Part shown: positions 41,101-54,389 of the stretch, one piece after another | How positions within the stretch are numbered: position 1 is the stretch's first letter | How the letters are laid out: the number at the start of each line of letters is the position of its first letter | Source: Eledone cirrhosa | Taxonomy: Eukaryota | Direction: 5' to 3' | DNA length: 64,000 nt | Assembly (NCBI GenBank): GCA_964016885.1 | Contig: OZ024749.1 | Span: forward strand, 5,642,001-5,706,000 | Translations under genes and position numbers: made by a program | Notes under the pieces: generated by a model | Database searches by the model: none | The model's input: the letters and a program-made list of their open reading frames with translations, nothing else | Told to the model about the DNA's origin: nothing

Positions 41101-41540
41101 TGGTAGTAACGATGGTAGTGTTGGTTGTAGTAGTGGTACTGGTGGTAGTTTGTTGGTGATAGTAATAGTAGGTGTGGTAGTAACGATGGTAGGGTTGGTT
41201 GTAGTAGTGGTACTGGTGGTAGTTTGTTGGTGATAGTAATAGTAGGTGTGGTAGTAACGATGGTAGGGTTGGTTGTAGTAGTGGTACTGGTGGTAGTTTG
41301 TTGGTGATAGTAATAGTAGGTGTGGTAGTAACGATGGTAGGGTTGGTTGTAGTAGTGGTACTGGTGGTAGTTTGTTGGTGATAGTAATAGTAGGTGTGGT
41401 AGTAACGATGATAGGGTTGGTTGTAGTAGTGGTACTGGTGGTAGTTTGTTGGTGATAGTAATAGTAGGTGTGGTAGTAACGATGGTAGGGTTGGTTGTAG
41501 TAGTAGTACTGGTGGTAGTTTGTTGGTGATAGTAATAGTA
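38189..41540. repeat. 74-bp minisatellite, about 45 near-identical units
   Basis: TTGTTGGTGATAGTAATAGTAGGTGTGGTAGTAACGATGGTAG(T/G)GTTGGTTGTAGTAGTGGTACTGGTGGTAGT. Confidence 0.95.
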
Positions 41541-42374
41541 GTGGTAGTAATGGTGGCAGTGGTAGTAGTAATGGTGGTTGCGGTGGAGGTCCTCGTGTTG
41601 AGAGTAGTTGTAATATTGGTGCTGGTACTGGTGACAGTAGATGTAAGACTGGTGAAATTAGTAGTGATAGAAGTAGTTTGTGACAAACACTTTGATATTT
41701 GCTCTCCGTGTTGGCCTTGGTTTCCCGGCACACACACATACAGACCTTTATTCTCCTTTAAAATCCTTCCCGCTCGCTTTAACTAATATTTCATATTCCC
41801 TCCCTTTCTCCTCTATAATTCTCGTTTTCTCTAACCCACTCACCAATATAATCTAGACTCATAGGTCATCTATACCACACCCAAGATATACGAGGAAAAA
41901 CTTCAAAAAACGATAGATAAATCTCTATATAATATCGATCTTTCCTTAATATGAACTAGTTAACCTTCCTATTATTAAGGTAACTCCATAGCAGTAATAA
42001 CTGATTTTGTAATAACGAGAATGCATCAAGTCCCAAGCGTGTGCTCAAACATTACTACCACAATGATACAGCCCAGTCATGTGTGCGAGCTCACTATTAG
42101 AACGCATCGTGGTCCTCCACAGTAAACTGACTGAAGAAAACGTTACCCCAAAGGATAGCGAGAAAGACGAGTTAGAATAGCTGTTCAAACTAGTAGGGTG
42201 TGCACCTGCGGATGGTCAACTCCGCCACGATATTAATGAATAAGGAGGTGGTTCGAGAACCAAGGACACCAGAAGTCTCAACTGCTATTAATTAACCAAT
42301 CAATAAATTGTTTCGCACCACCAGGTCAGTTCTGATCGATCAGTGTTGGTTTAAATCTATAAATATTCTGTAAT

Positions 42375-42537
42375 CAGCGCCAAATTTACCATAGTGCTTA
42401 AGTGTGCTAAAGCACAGGGCTCCGTTCGCCAGGGGGTCCATCTTAATGGCAAACGTTTTTTTACCTCTTTCAGTGCCCAAATAAGGGTCTCATAACTTAA
42501 CTAGCAAAGGCCCTCATTTGTCCTAAATCCGGCACTG
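42375..42537. mobile_element. Possible old hAT-type MITE
   Basis: Imperfect TIRs CAGCGCCAAATTTA / TAAATCCGGCACTG; no matching TSD. Confidence 0.35.
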
Positions 42538-42675
42538 GGTTTGTCAAATCCCAACGAGGTGGAAGTTGACCTCTATGGTATTTGAACTCAGAACTTAGAG
42601 TTGGAGCAAATACCGCAAATAATTTTGTCTGACGCTTTACCTACTCTGACACACCAGCCTAGCAGTTAAGACTTC

Positions 42676-42990
42676 TGGTGTCCTCGGCCCTAGGGCTACC
42701 TCCCTACTCACCACCATGGGCGCTGAGCTTGCCAGCCGCAGGTGTGAGCCTCACGAGATGGAATGGATTTTCTAGTGCATCTCCTTTGCCAACCTACGTG
42801 GAAGCGCCTTCTCCATTCTGTTCGCCGGGGCCGCGGGGCCTCCAGCACGCGGGACCCCATTTGCTCACAATAGTGAGAGATAGAGGTGATGACAGTGAGA
42901 GTTTGGTTCCTCTGTGTTTGGACCTAGTATACATGAGAGATGGGGAGGGCGAGAGAGATGGAACTGATGAGAGTGGGAGTCCGGCTCCTG
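42676..42990 (+). mobile_element. 3' fragment of a CRE-clade non-LTR retrotransposon
   Basis: GVLGPRATSLL...EPHEMEWIF*CISFANLRGSAFSIL resembles the CRE C-terminal Q.lS.a..RGNA motif; homologous to 54390-54650 and 46420-46530. Confidence 0.65.
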
Positions 42991-43884
42991 GTGTCCAACA
43001 ACTTGTAAAAAGCTTCACAAAACACGCAGTTAACAGCAACAACTACAATGAAATAATTGTTAAACCATTTCTGTTTTTTAAATTCGAGGTAAAGATTTAC
43101 TTAATCAGATAAAGATTCTAAGTTTAAATTGTCAAGGTGTTTAAGAAGCAAAATATTTCAACAATAACAATATGAATATCGCAATATTTATTATATAGAA
43201 ATATGTTTATATATCTGTCATGATATAAAATTGTCAGATGGTAGCGTGCACATGCGTGTGTGGAATTGTGCGCATCTGCGTGTATGTGTTAGTGTTCGTG
43301 TGTACGCAGGCATGCGCCTGCGTGCGTGTGTATGCGCCTCTATGTGTGTGTGTGTGTGTGTGTGTGTTTGCTAGTGATTCAGCTTTGTCATACCAAGTAG
43401 ATTTCAGAGGTAGGTGACAGTATATGGTTTGGAAATCATTTAATTCGTTGCCAGATTAAGCTGTTTAAATCACTGTTTAATACTTCTATTATAGAAGAAC
43501 AAGTAAAGATAATTTCACATTTCCACTCGAGGATTAACCATAACTAGATAAACAAACTAATATCAATACAGACATAGTTCAAAAGATTAATTGTAATGTT
43601 TACAAGGGGAGAAAAAAAACGAGTTCAAAGACAATGGAAAATCTGTCTCTCACCAGATACACACGTGTGAAGCACACACACACACACGTGTGAAGCACAC
43701 ACACACACACGTGCGAAGCACACACACACACACACGTGCGAAGCACACACGTGCGAAACACACTCGTGCGAAACACACACACACACACACACACATGCAC
43801 TGATTTATATTCGAAGCCAAATATCTTTACAAACACAGTATGTATGGCTTTAGAGATATTAAGTTTGTCTTAAATCAGAAGGCT

Positions 43885-44121
43885 CGTAAGGCCCGCGCTT
43901 ATCCGGGTTTCATGGCGTGAAGCGACTGAGTGCAAGACTCTCACCCTGGACAAGACGCCAGTCCATCGCAGAGTTAAACCCCCAGCTATTGCTGGTATTT
44001 ATTTTCAGCTGAGTATACTGGAGCAATGTAAAATGAAGTGTTTTGTTCAAGAACGCAACACACAATCCAGCTCAGGAATCGAACCCACGACATTATGATC
44101 GTAAGTCCAACACCCTTACCA
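43885..44121 (-). mobile_element. SINE family B (V-SINE-like domain)
   Basis: Reverse of CTGCGATGGACTGGCGTCTTGTCCAGGG and a GTTCGATTCC B box; homologous to 49420-49650. Confidence 0.8.
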
Positions 44122-45319
44122 TTTTCGTTCTTTAGTATAGCGATAGAGTGTGAATTGGGGGAGATGTGGTTGCTATTTCAAATAGATTGACAAGTTATGT
44201 AGGTGTTCACTTATTGACTCATAGTAACTCCGTTGGTGGTAAGTTAAGAATTATTATTCAAGTAAGGTGTCAAAAGATATTGAAAGAATGAAGAAGCGAA
44301 AAATTAAAATACATAAAATATTCTTTTGTTTTAGTTCAATAATTCAACGAAGCGTTGCAGAACGATATTCTGCGCAGAAATTGGTGTGAACATTTACATG
44401 GTTAACAAATAGCAAAGGATTTCCTCCTCGCGATAAATCAGACACCGTTATAAACCGATCACATTGAAAGCCTCTGATAATTATTGAGCATTATAAAATA
44501 TTTAACATGTGAATATGTAATTATGAATCTGGTAGTAACACTAAATCTACACGTTTCACTGGATCTACTGTTAGTATCTACTATAGAGTTACTTCAGACC
44601 AGCTACATGATTGTGTAGTTAGGTAGGTAGGTAGGAAGATAAGTAGCTAATAGTTAAGTGATGGCTCTCATTAAGTTTTCAGCACAGCAGGTGTGTATGT
44701 AGTACAAAGAGAAGGGTGATGAATGGGAAAATGTCTATCAGTTTAATATATAATAACGTGGTAACATTTTAATCTATTCATTAAATATTTTCCATATTTT
44801 TGTCGTGATAACGATATTCTGATCGGAAAGAACACAAAACGAAAACAGAAACAAAAATGAAATAAAAATTAAATAGTAAAAAACAATATATATACAAAAA
44901 CAGAAAATAATTCATTAATAAAGAAAATATGAAATTATTATCATTATTGTTTTATTTTTAAGAATGTAAGAAACAATCGTTATTATGAGGGTAAGTAAGG
45001 TATGATAGAATCGCTATATTCTTAGCTAACACATCATGCGCTGTGTTATGGTGTTTCTTTATGTTGTGAGTTCAAAACTTACGGGGATCCACTGCATCCT
45101 CCCCAAAATGACTCCGACAGAAGTTTATATACGTTTGCTGTCCAAATTCGCACATGACGTGGGTTCCAACAGGCAAAACCAACCGACAGGACTTCCAAGA
45201 GTGGACCCAATGCAAGAAGGGTAGATAAGCTCGTCAGTTTTAGATTGGGGCGACAGCTAGATCAATTGGAGCAGTGGTTTCCGAGAGGGCCCAGTGGAAG
45301 TTATGATTGATAACTCTGC

Positions 45320-46280
45320 CCCCAGCACTAAGTGGGTGGAGAAAAAGAACATGGGTTTTTCAAACTAAAAAAACTGAAAGAAAGGAAGAAAGAAGAAGAA
45401 AAGAAGGATAGAGGAGAGTAGAAAGGAAAAACAACGGGGAACATTTGTTTGCTGGCCGCCCTGAGGAGAAAACTCAGGAACCGATGTTCAAGAATATCGA
45501 AAGCTTTCGATTGATCCAAGTCGATCAGAGCGCCATCTATACCAGGTTCCTTCCTAACCCCTTTGTATGATGTATCGCATGAGGTAGAGGGTGTCGTTGA
45601 TGGATCTCATTGGGACGGCGCATGTCTGCCCTTCTCGAACAATAGGGAAATTTGCATTTAACAGAGTTAGGGGCCTGAAGTTATCTATGTGAACCCCCCC
45701 CCCCTCTCCCTTGATCGGGTCCTTTCTTAACACTGCCACCAACTTTCGTTTTGAAGAACCGGGTATTATCCATTCTGCTGCCAGTCCGTGTAGAGAACCG
45801 CCAAGTTGTCCTCCAGCAAGTTCGGCATATACATGTAAAGTTAGTAGATGATACCATTAAAATCCGGCAAATTTGCTGCTAGTTCAGTCAGCTATTGCCT
45901 CCCGCATTTCATGGCTTGGCATCGATCCTTCGCAACACTGCATTTGTTGCTGAGGGTCACAGCAGGCCGTGCAGGTAGGTACCGAAAGTATCCTCAGATT
46001 CGACCGGCTATTCATCCCGAAGCAGCTGAACGAAGAAACGCTGAAAGGCCGCTTACGTCTGCTCGAAACAGAGTAGTAAACGCTCAACCAAAGACCGAAT
46101 TGTAGCTTTCTTTCCACCCTGTGCCTTTGTCATTTGAGCTCATTGGAAAATATTTATCACGTCGCGTCTCGAAAGGGCAGGCACCCTAGACAAGGCAGTC
46201 TTCGTGTTTCCCGTTAAAGAATTAGTCGAGGGACTTTCTCCGTTGCAAGTACGTCAACTGCGACACCTATCCTGAATACA
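45320..46280 (-). mobile_element. Decayed Tx1/L1-clade LINE RT fragment
   Basis: IDNFRPLTLLNA...QTCAVPMRSINDTLYLMRYII...GALIDLDQSKAFD. Confidence 0.8.
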
Positions 46281-46419
46281 TTTATCTAACTGCTTGATTA
46301 GTTATCCTTTGACATGACATAACTTAAATTTATAATTAGTTAATTATGGTGGGATAAATAAAGTCTGAACACAATGAAACCAAACTCCCGCTATCATTGT
46401 CCCCGTCCCTCCCGCTCTC

Positions 46420-46530
46420 CCCATCTCACTATTATGAGCAAATGGGGCCCCCATATGCTGGCGGCCGCGCCGTGGTCCCGGCTGACAGAATAGAGAAGGT
46501 GATTTCAAGAGGATGGTGAGGGAGACGCGC
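46420..46530 (-). mobile_element. Short CRE-clade 3' end
   Basis: Reverse-complement similarity to 42790-42880 (CCCCATTTGCTCA.AATAGTGAGA). Confidence 0.55.
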
Positions 46531-46927
46531 TGCCCTATCTTTTCCCCCCTATCACTAGTACGCTGCTGTTGCTACTGTTTCCGATACTGCTGTTACATCT
46601 ATTTTCACTATTACTGCTACTGTTCAAGTTGAAAACTTTGTATAGATGTTTATTCATTGTATGAAAAGATTTTGAAGTAACAGCATGAACGAGTTAACAT
46701 TTAGAACACTTCGTTAGCTTATCTATTTCTAGTTTAGTTTATTTCCTACCTGTACCAAGTGCCTCTCAATTTGACAAAACAACATTATGATTGCACCCAT
46801 TCTCATATCACACATGACAACGCCAGAGCAGTAATTCCCAAGAATAAGGGAGGAGAAAATAACAACCAACATACACACCGTATGTTGTCTGTGATGGTAA
46901 ATATTACGTAAATAATACAAAAGGTTA

Positions 46928-47200
46928 TCTATATATATAAAACTGTGGTTGTCTGTCTGTCTATCGATTTTTGGCACACATCTCCTCTTAGAATCTCTCA
47001 CGGAATTGCACCGAAATTGCTATACTTGTACATTGAGCCCTAGCGAAGACATCGGAAAAAAAATAATTTCAAATTGACCCGCCCTATCTGACGAAATCGA
47101 ATATAATGTATCGATTTTTGAGCGTAAGTGATCAGTTATTTCCCTTTGTTCTGTTTACATTGAGCGTCTGCGTGCAAAAATAAAAAAAATTACGCTGGCT
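46928..47200 (+). mobile_element. Helitron 5' end; 3' end not identified
   Basis: A|TCTATATATATAAAACTG.GG.TGTCTGTCTGTCT matches the 5' end of the 8617-9103 element. Confidence 0.6.
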
Positions 47201-47836
47201 TTCTCAGCGTTTAAAATGACATTAACACAATAATTTTTACTTGAAAACAAGTCTATTTAAAGACTACGTAAAACAAGCAAATATTTCGTAAAATAAAGCA
47301 AAAATTATATAAGTTTATTTAAAATAATACATCGAAACCGGTAATTCGTCATATACTTTATATACGTTATATACTTTATACATATACTTTATAAAACCCT
47401 TTTTAAAAAGAATTGTCTCTCTCATTTTTCAATAATATCACTTTGCCGAATCAAAAAAGGAAAACAAACAAAAACAGACCCTAACATATATTTTCCGTGC
47501 TATTTCCTACTTCACCTCTCTCTCTGTATGTATATATATATATATATATTATTCAATTAAGGAAACTTGGTTGGTCAGATAATCCACCGACTTTTTTTTG
47601 TAAACAGATTTAAAGCACTCTACTATATGTATTCCTTAGAAAGTTGCTGATAAGGTATGAACCGGAAGTATAAGAAGGGATAACGTTTATCCGAATACAG
47701 ATTCTAAGATCAGACAGAGAATATCAAATGTGGACACTGGCAAGTATATAACAAATTAGGTACACGGGGCAGGTTTTACGTGCAACCTTATAAAAGATTG
47801 GTTGAGGTTGAGGTAAAAAGCAGTACATTACTATAA

Positions 47837-48928
47837 AGTGGATTGGCAGAATCGGTGGAGCGTCGGACAACATGCTTTATGGCATAGAGTTACGGCCTTT
47901 TACGATGCGAGTTCAAATTGTGCTGAGGTTAACTTTGCCTTTCATCCTTACGGGGTCGATAAAATAATGGTTTCTGATACAGGCACAAGGCCAGCAATTT
48001 TGGGGAAGGGGGAAGTCGATCAAATCGTCCCCAGTGCATTACTGGTACTTTATCGACCCCCGTAAAGAGGAAAGGGAAAGCTAACCTCGGCGGCATTTGA
48101 ACACAGAACGTAAAGGGCCATGACTATGCTGCAAAGCATGGTGTCTGACGCTCTACCGATACTGCCAGATAAAATAATCTACCAGTAATACAGTGGAGTC
48201 GATTTAATATGTCCGAATATAAATTGAGAACAGAATTAGCTGACACAGACACACACACAGACACACACACACAGACACACACACAGACACACACACAGAC
48301 ACACACACACACAGACACACATATTGAGTAAAGTGACAGGAGGTTCGACTGCTGAAATCCCTTAAATGTTTATTACAAACACTATGCACATTTCAATGAC
48401 TGGGTTCTGTAGGAACCAGGTGACATCATCAGGTGTTACGAAATTTATCTAATAAATGAATGTAATAATTGTTTCTACTTTAGGCACAAGGCCAGCACAT
48501 ACCCAGTGCATTACTGGTACTTCATTTTATCGACCCCGTAAGGATGAAAGGCAAAGTTAACCTCGGCAGGATTTGAACTCAGAATGGCGAGGGCCAGGTG
48601 ACCGCCTTCAAGTATATATATATATATAACATGTGTATACATACATACAATAGGATATTGTGAAGGTATATATTACTACAAATGAGTATATGTAACACTA
48701 CGAAAGTTTATATATTATATATCATTACCACTGTGTATATTACTGCAAGATAGTATCGGTAGAGGGTCGGACGCCATGCTTTGAAGCATAGAGCTACCTC
48801 CCCGTATGATCTGAGTTCAAATCCCGCCGAGGTTAACTTTGCCTTTCATCCTTACGGGGTCGATAAAAAAATAAAGTACCAGTAATGCACTGGGTAATTG
48901 CTGGCCTTGTGCCAATAGTAGAAACAAT
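47837..48928. mobile_element. SINE family A copies (47837-47965 +, 47969-48170 -, 48468-48595 -, 48752-48928 +)
   Basis: Shared core and B box. Confidence 0.88.
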
Positions 48929-49089
48929 TATATACATTCATATATATATATGTAGAAGTTATATTTAAATTGTTGGGATACAACAAGCAAATATTTTTAT
49001 AACTGATATAAAGCACTCAACAAATTATTGGAGTAAAAATACGATATATTAACAAATGGAAACTATATTTATAAAACCATATTTATTTC

Positions 49090-49300
49090 ATTATATATAT
49101 ATAGCTGCATGTCAGTATATTATATATTATCGTGGGTGTATATTAGCTGTTACTATTGTACGTGTTTCCGCCAACTGAAAGAATCAGTTCCATTGACATT
49201 TATGCTCGCGCGGAGGTGTGTGTGTGTGTGTATAAAATTCAATGGACCTTCGTCAGTTTCAACGATGAGTACTCACAGTCGCAACACATTGTGAATTAGA
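49090..49300. repeat. Dispersed repeat, second copy at 53085-53370, with a truncated hammerhead-like CTGACGA on the minus strand
   Basis: CTGCATGTCAG.ATATTATATATTATCG...CCAACTGAAAGAAT.AGTTCCATTGAC...ATGGACCTTCGTCAGTTTC in both copies. Confidence 0.7.
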
Positions 49301-49419
49301 TATGTTTAATGCGATCACACTAAGTCTCTAAGTAGAACTGTATAAGTATATAGAGACATATGAGATTTAGTTGCTATTAAATTGAGGTATGTTTGCTAGG
49401 TTTATAGATAAAGTAAAGC

Positions 49420-49650
49420 TAGTTGTAAGAGTGTTGGACTTACAATCAATGTTCTGGGTTCGAATCCTGGCCTGGATTGCGTGTTGTGTTCTTGAGCAAA
49501 ACATTTCATTTGACGTTGTTCCAATATACTCAGCTGAAAATGAGTACCAGCAATAGCTGGGCGATTAACCCTGCGATGGACTGGCGTCCTGTCCAGGGGA
49601 AAGTCTTGTACTCTCAGTCGCTTCCCGCCATGAAACCGGGATAAGCACCA
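49420..49650 (+). mobile_element. SINE family B (V-SINE-like domain)
   Basis: B box GGTTCGAATCC, TGTTCTTGAGCAAAAC, AACCCTGCGATGGACTGGCGTCCTGTCCAGGGG. Confidence 0.8.
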
Positions 49651-49679
49651 GCATAACCAGGCTAAAATGGTTTAAGTCA

Positions 49680-49890
49680 GACATTAGACACCTATATTGA
49701 ACGAGGACAAAACCGGAAGCTCCCGGAAGGTCCAGTTGCAACACCAACCAACTCCTAGGAACCACCTCTGCACGTGTGATCAACCACTGGAACAACCTCA
49801 AACAAGAAACAGTTGACACTCCCCTCAGTCAACATTTTAAAGTCAAGGCTCGTGAAGAGCTGGACCAACCTCCAGCTCAAGTTTAACTAT
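49680..49890 (+). mobile_element. Short CR1/L2-group LINE 3' fragment
   Basis: RVINHWNNLKQETVD motif. Confidence 0.55.
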
Positions 49891-50090
49891 CACTTCTCGT
49901 ATTGATGGCCATCTGGGAGGAATAGATACCAAGTGATGATCAATACTCGGAAGAAGATCATCTCTACCTTGGGATCAGTCTAATTACCCTTACCGACTCC
50001 AAAATTATCCGATATATGAATCATATAGAGAGACACACATCCCGAAAAATATACATACACACAGGCACACCTTTATAGTTGGACACAAAC

Positions 50091-50138
<48 letters not shown>

Positions 50139-50403
50139 GTAACCACATGAATAAGTGCGTATCTACATAAGTGGATGTAGCACACTAAGTGCAGAGAAAA
50201 TTATTCTAAGATTATGCAGGAAGAATGGACGAGGAGATGGGTATTCATTAGGTTTGGGGGTAACTCAAAAGGTTTTTTGATTTTTAAATTCTAAGTGGCC
50301 AACAAATAAACAAACACACACACACATATGTATGTTTATGTTTATATTTATATATATATATATATATATATACATACATACACACATTTTTAATATAGAA
50401 ATG

Positions 50404-50453
50404 GCTTCTACAGGACCAGAACTGTTTCGTTCGGAGGATGTCATCAGGAAAGC
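50404..50453 (-). ncRNA. Degenerate hammerhead motif, same family as 14621-14670
   Basis: Minus strand TTC-CTGATGA...GAAA-CAG ttctggtc CTG-TA-GAA; stem II not intact. Confidence 0.45.
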
Positions 50454-50529
50454 TCTATTGAGTACTTTACTGTGGTTAACTCCGATTGAACCCGGGATAA
50501 ACACACACACAGAGATATATATATATATA

Positions 50530-51445
50530 TAGATAGATTTCTTTATTAGCCACAAGGGCGCAACAAGAAAAGGGAACAATACAAAGACATGCCGGGGATT
50601 TTACATACAGTCGTGTAAAAAATATAAAAACAAACAATTTCAACAATCGAAATCCCCAATAGGGGGGAGGCGCCACAAATGGGTTATTTAATACCCCGTC
50701 GATAGAACAACCCTCAACTCCAGGAGCGTGTTGTGCAAGTGCTCCTTTCTTCCTTTTGCTCTCTTCTTCATCCTACAGGCTTATAAACAGAAGGCCCAAT
50801 CACTCGGGCCATTTTCGCTTCATTCACCCACCTTTCGGTAAATTTACTGGGGTGCAGTGCCTCTCTCTCCACCCTGATTCTCCTTCTAAAGTGATACTTA
50901 AAGGGAATCAATTGTTGTCCGGAGAGAAAGGCATCTGTCCTCAGTCCTCTCAACCTCGTCCACCATATTACTTCTTTCACCATAGCCACCGTACAGAGGA
51001 TAACCGCCTCTCTTTCGTTTTTGAAAGAGTCTGGCGGTTTGATCCTTACTATGGACTCGGCAGTCAACTGGATTTGTCCCATACGCGACAGCAGTTCTGC
51101 ATAGTTTCACAGGTCGCTTACGCCCGGGCAGTGTACAATTGCGTGCAGAACTGTTTCAATGTCCTGCGCACATCTTGGACACGTCCTCTTGGAAGGATCC
51201 CTGCCGGGGCATCCCTGCCTGTAGATATTGTCACGAACCGGTAGAGCTCTTCGGTAGCACTGCCAGGCCAGGGACCTCTGGAAGTTGTCCATAGGTCCCG
51301 GGCGGAAAGTCCTACCAAACAGACTGGTGAGCTCATCGTCTTCGACGCCCAGAGTCTCTCCGAGCACGTCGTCGCCCTTGTAACGTACAATCCATCTATA
51401 GAATGTTGAAGTGGAGTCTGCACTGATTGCTGCGCCCGCTTGCCA
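50530..51445 (-). mobile_element. 3' end of a Tx1/L1-clade LINE (zinc-binding C-terminal region plus 3' UTR) ending at (TA)n
   Basis: RSLAWQCYRRALPVRD...CPRCAQDIETVLHAIVHCP; terminal CTTTATT.GCCACAAGGGC also at 24065-24083. Confidence 0.8.
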
Positions 51446-51825
51446 GAGGACTGTATATGATAAAATTATATCTATATAATCAGTATTGAGTTAACCGAAC
51501 TTTCCGAAATATGTATATAGATTTATACACATACGTACGTGCGTGCGAGTGTGTGTGTGAGTGTGTGTGTGAGTGTGTGTGTGTGTGAGTGTGTGTGAGA
51601 GTGAGTGTGTGTGAGAGTGAGTGTGTGTGAGAGTGAGTGTGCGTGTGTTTACTAAACATTAAATTCGGTATATGAGTGAAATAATAATAATGATTTTATG
51701 ATGCTCTTCATACTTTTTATACGCACGTTTAGCTTATCTAACGAAAGAAATTAGTTCATACAACATACAAGCTGCGTTCAAGTATTCTTTCTTTAAAAAT
51801 ACAATTCATATATACATAAACATTC

Positions 51826-51856
<31 letters not shown>

Positions 51857-51933
51857 CACATACATATATAAGAAAAACTTGAACCGTTAAGGTATTTTTC
51901 TTGATTATGTCAACATTTATAAAACAAACTTTG

Positions 51934-51995
51934 TATTTTATCTGATGAAAGCGAACCAAAGTTTTGGTACCCTTGAAATATATATAACAGAATAA
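51934..51995 (+). ncRNA. Degenerate hammerhead motif, family of 14397-14460
   Basis: TTTTAT-CTGATGA-AAGCGAACCAAA gt TTTGGTACCCTT-GAAA-TATATATA. Confidence 0.5.
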
Positions 51996-54389
51996 ATATG
52001 GTTTTATAAATATAGTTTCCATTTATTTAATATCATTAAATATACATATATATATATTTAGTGAGTTGGTCACAGGGTTATTTACTTTGGTAAACACCAC
52101 TGCAGGCCAACCACTAAATATGTATATAAACAAACATATACATATATACATGTACATATATATATTCATAGAAATATACACATGTGCATACATTCACACA
52201 CATATATATAAGCACACACACACACACACACACGTGTGTGAGTGTGTACGTACGGCTATTCAATATTAATTCTTAATACAATAGCTGTACTTTATACCAG
52301 AGTATACCAACGTCCAATACTTGCCAATAATATATAAGAATTTGTGGACAATTTCCATCAGTGGTTTCCTTCGTGTCGAATAAAATACTTTTTCTTTTAT
52401 TTCTTCTAAATATGCCTATACACCTTATTCTTCAAATTCTTCTCATTTTGCCAAATTTTAAAATATATCTCTTAATTTTTATGGGTTTTTTATCTGTTTT
52501 TATTGGGGCACATTGCCAATGTAATAAAGTCTGCTACTACTTCAATTCTTCAGATGAATTAACAATAATTGGATGTGAATACAATCTAATGATATCCTTC
52601 TATATCCACCAGCTCTATTTATATTATTATTATCATTATTATTATTATTTCATTTGCTCCTTACCTTTGTTTACTTCTTCGTTTCAATTATTATTATTAT
52701 TATTATTATTATTGTTAGTAGTATTGTCATTATTATTGAGGTGTGGTATTAATTTATGAGAAATTATTTTTATTATTACTGTTGTTCTTAACTTGAAAAT
52801 AAAAAAAACAGCCCAAAGAACTACGGATTTCATTACAAATTTCTAATAATGCAAGTGCGCGCGTGTGTATATATATATATATATATATATGCTTATATAT
52901 ATCGTGGACTGAATGTATATACACCATTACAACTGAGTATATTACTACAAGATATTATATTTAGATATATATATATATAACTGCATGTCAGCATATTATA
53001 TATATCGTGGCCTGAATGTATATACACCATTACAACTGAGTATATTACTACAAGATATTATATATATTTAGATATAAATATATACCTGCATGTCAGCATA
53101 TTATATATTATCGCGGGTGTATATTTTGTTTGTGTGTTCCAGCCAACTGAAAGAATTAGTTCCATTGACTTTTATACTCGCGTGGAGGAGGATGTCAATA
53201 TGTGTGTTTGTGTGTGTGAGAAGTATACACATACGTGTTTGCGTGTGTGAGAAGTATACACGTATGTGTGTGTGTGTGTATATAAGGATGGAAAGGTAGA
53301 TAGATAGATATAAAAGATTCAGTCGATGGACCTTCGTCAGTTTCGACTATGAGTATTCACTGTTGCAATACCTTTAGCCTTAATTCTAGAGGGACGACAA
53401 CCGAACTCTTACAAAATATCACACCATATTTATAATTCGATTCTTCTTTTTTGTAGAATTCCAATCCTTATTATTCATACGGCTCTGGCTAGACTTAAGC
53501 CAGGTGTCCTTAGAAAAAAAGAGGAGCCTTTTTTTAAATTTTATTCGCTGTTATGGTGTGAAGAGGCAGAGAGGGGACACGAAATACCAGAGTGCCTCAA
53601 TCGCCGATTGAAGTGTGACTTAGTTTCATTAAATTTCAATGGGATATCCCCAGTTTTCTTCTTATTGTCAATATCTAAAAACCCGAACGGGGAGTACAAT
53701 GACAAAAAGGTGCCTCCAAACTGGCTGAAATGAGGAGATTTTACATAATGAAATCTATACCCATATTCACAAGAGAAGACATCTTCCACCCACCCCAAAG
53801 TCGGTGGGAGATCTCCAGGTAGGACGGCGAAAATTGACATGTCTGGAATTTAAATCTTCCACATAAGTAATCCACTCTTCCTCTGTACCATTTCCTTTAT
53901 TCATAACCCGAAAGAACAAAAGATAACACTGTAGTAATATTGCACACCATATATCCATAAAGAAAATATTCATGTATCCTAGTCAGCCATTTTCTTTTTC
54001 TTAGAGAATAACTTTCAAGTTAGTATACTTCGTTTATACATATAAACATAAGAATTTGAAAAGTATGTTTCAAGATGAATATGAACTTACAATTTCAAGC
54101 TGGCATTTATCTTGTATTTGTGTTTTCTCAAGCAATGTCGTATTGTCCGGTAAGTTAAATCCACTCTCTTCAGTAAATCTAGACCGGGAAGTCCGTAATA
54201 GTTTAACATATCTTTTTGATTGCACAGTCTACTTCCTCTTCCGGACAGTTATCTATCACGTGATAAATATTCCAGTAATTACCTCCCTTGACTCTGCTTA
54301 TGAAATACTACGTAAATTCGTAAGCTGTTGTTTTGTTTTTTTCTCATTTTACTTTTCTCTGTTTTTCTTTCTTGGATTTCTAATTCGCA

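Noticed and set aside
38132-41739. Mucin-like 1200-aa proteins
   Set aside because: The 74-bp unit shifts frame every copy, which is incompatible with a selected peptide repeat.
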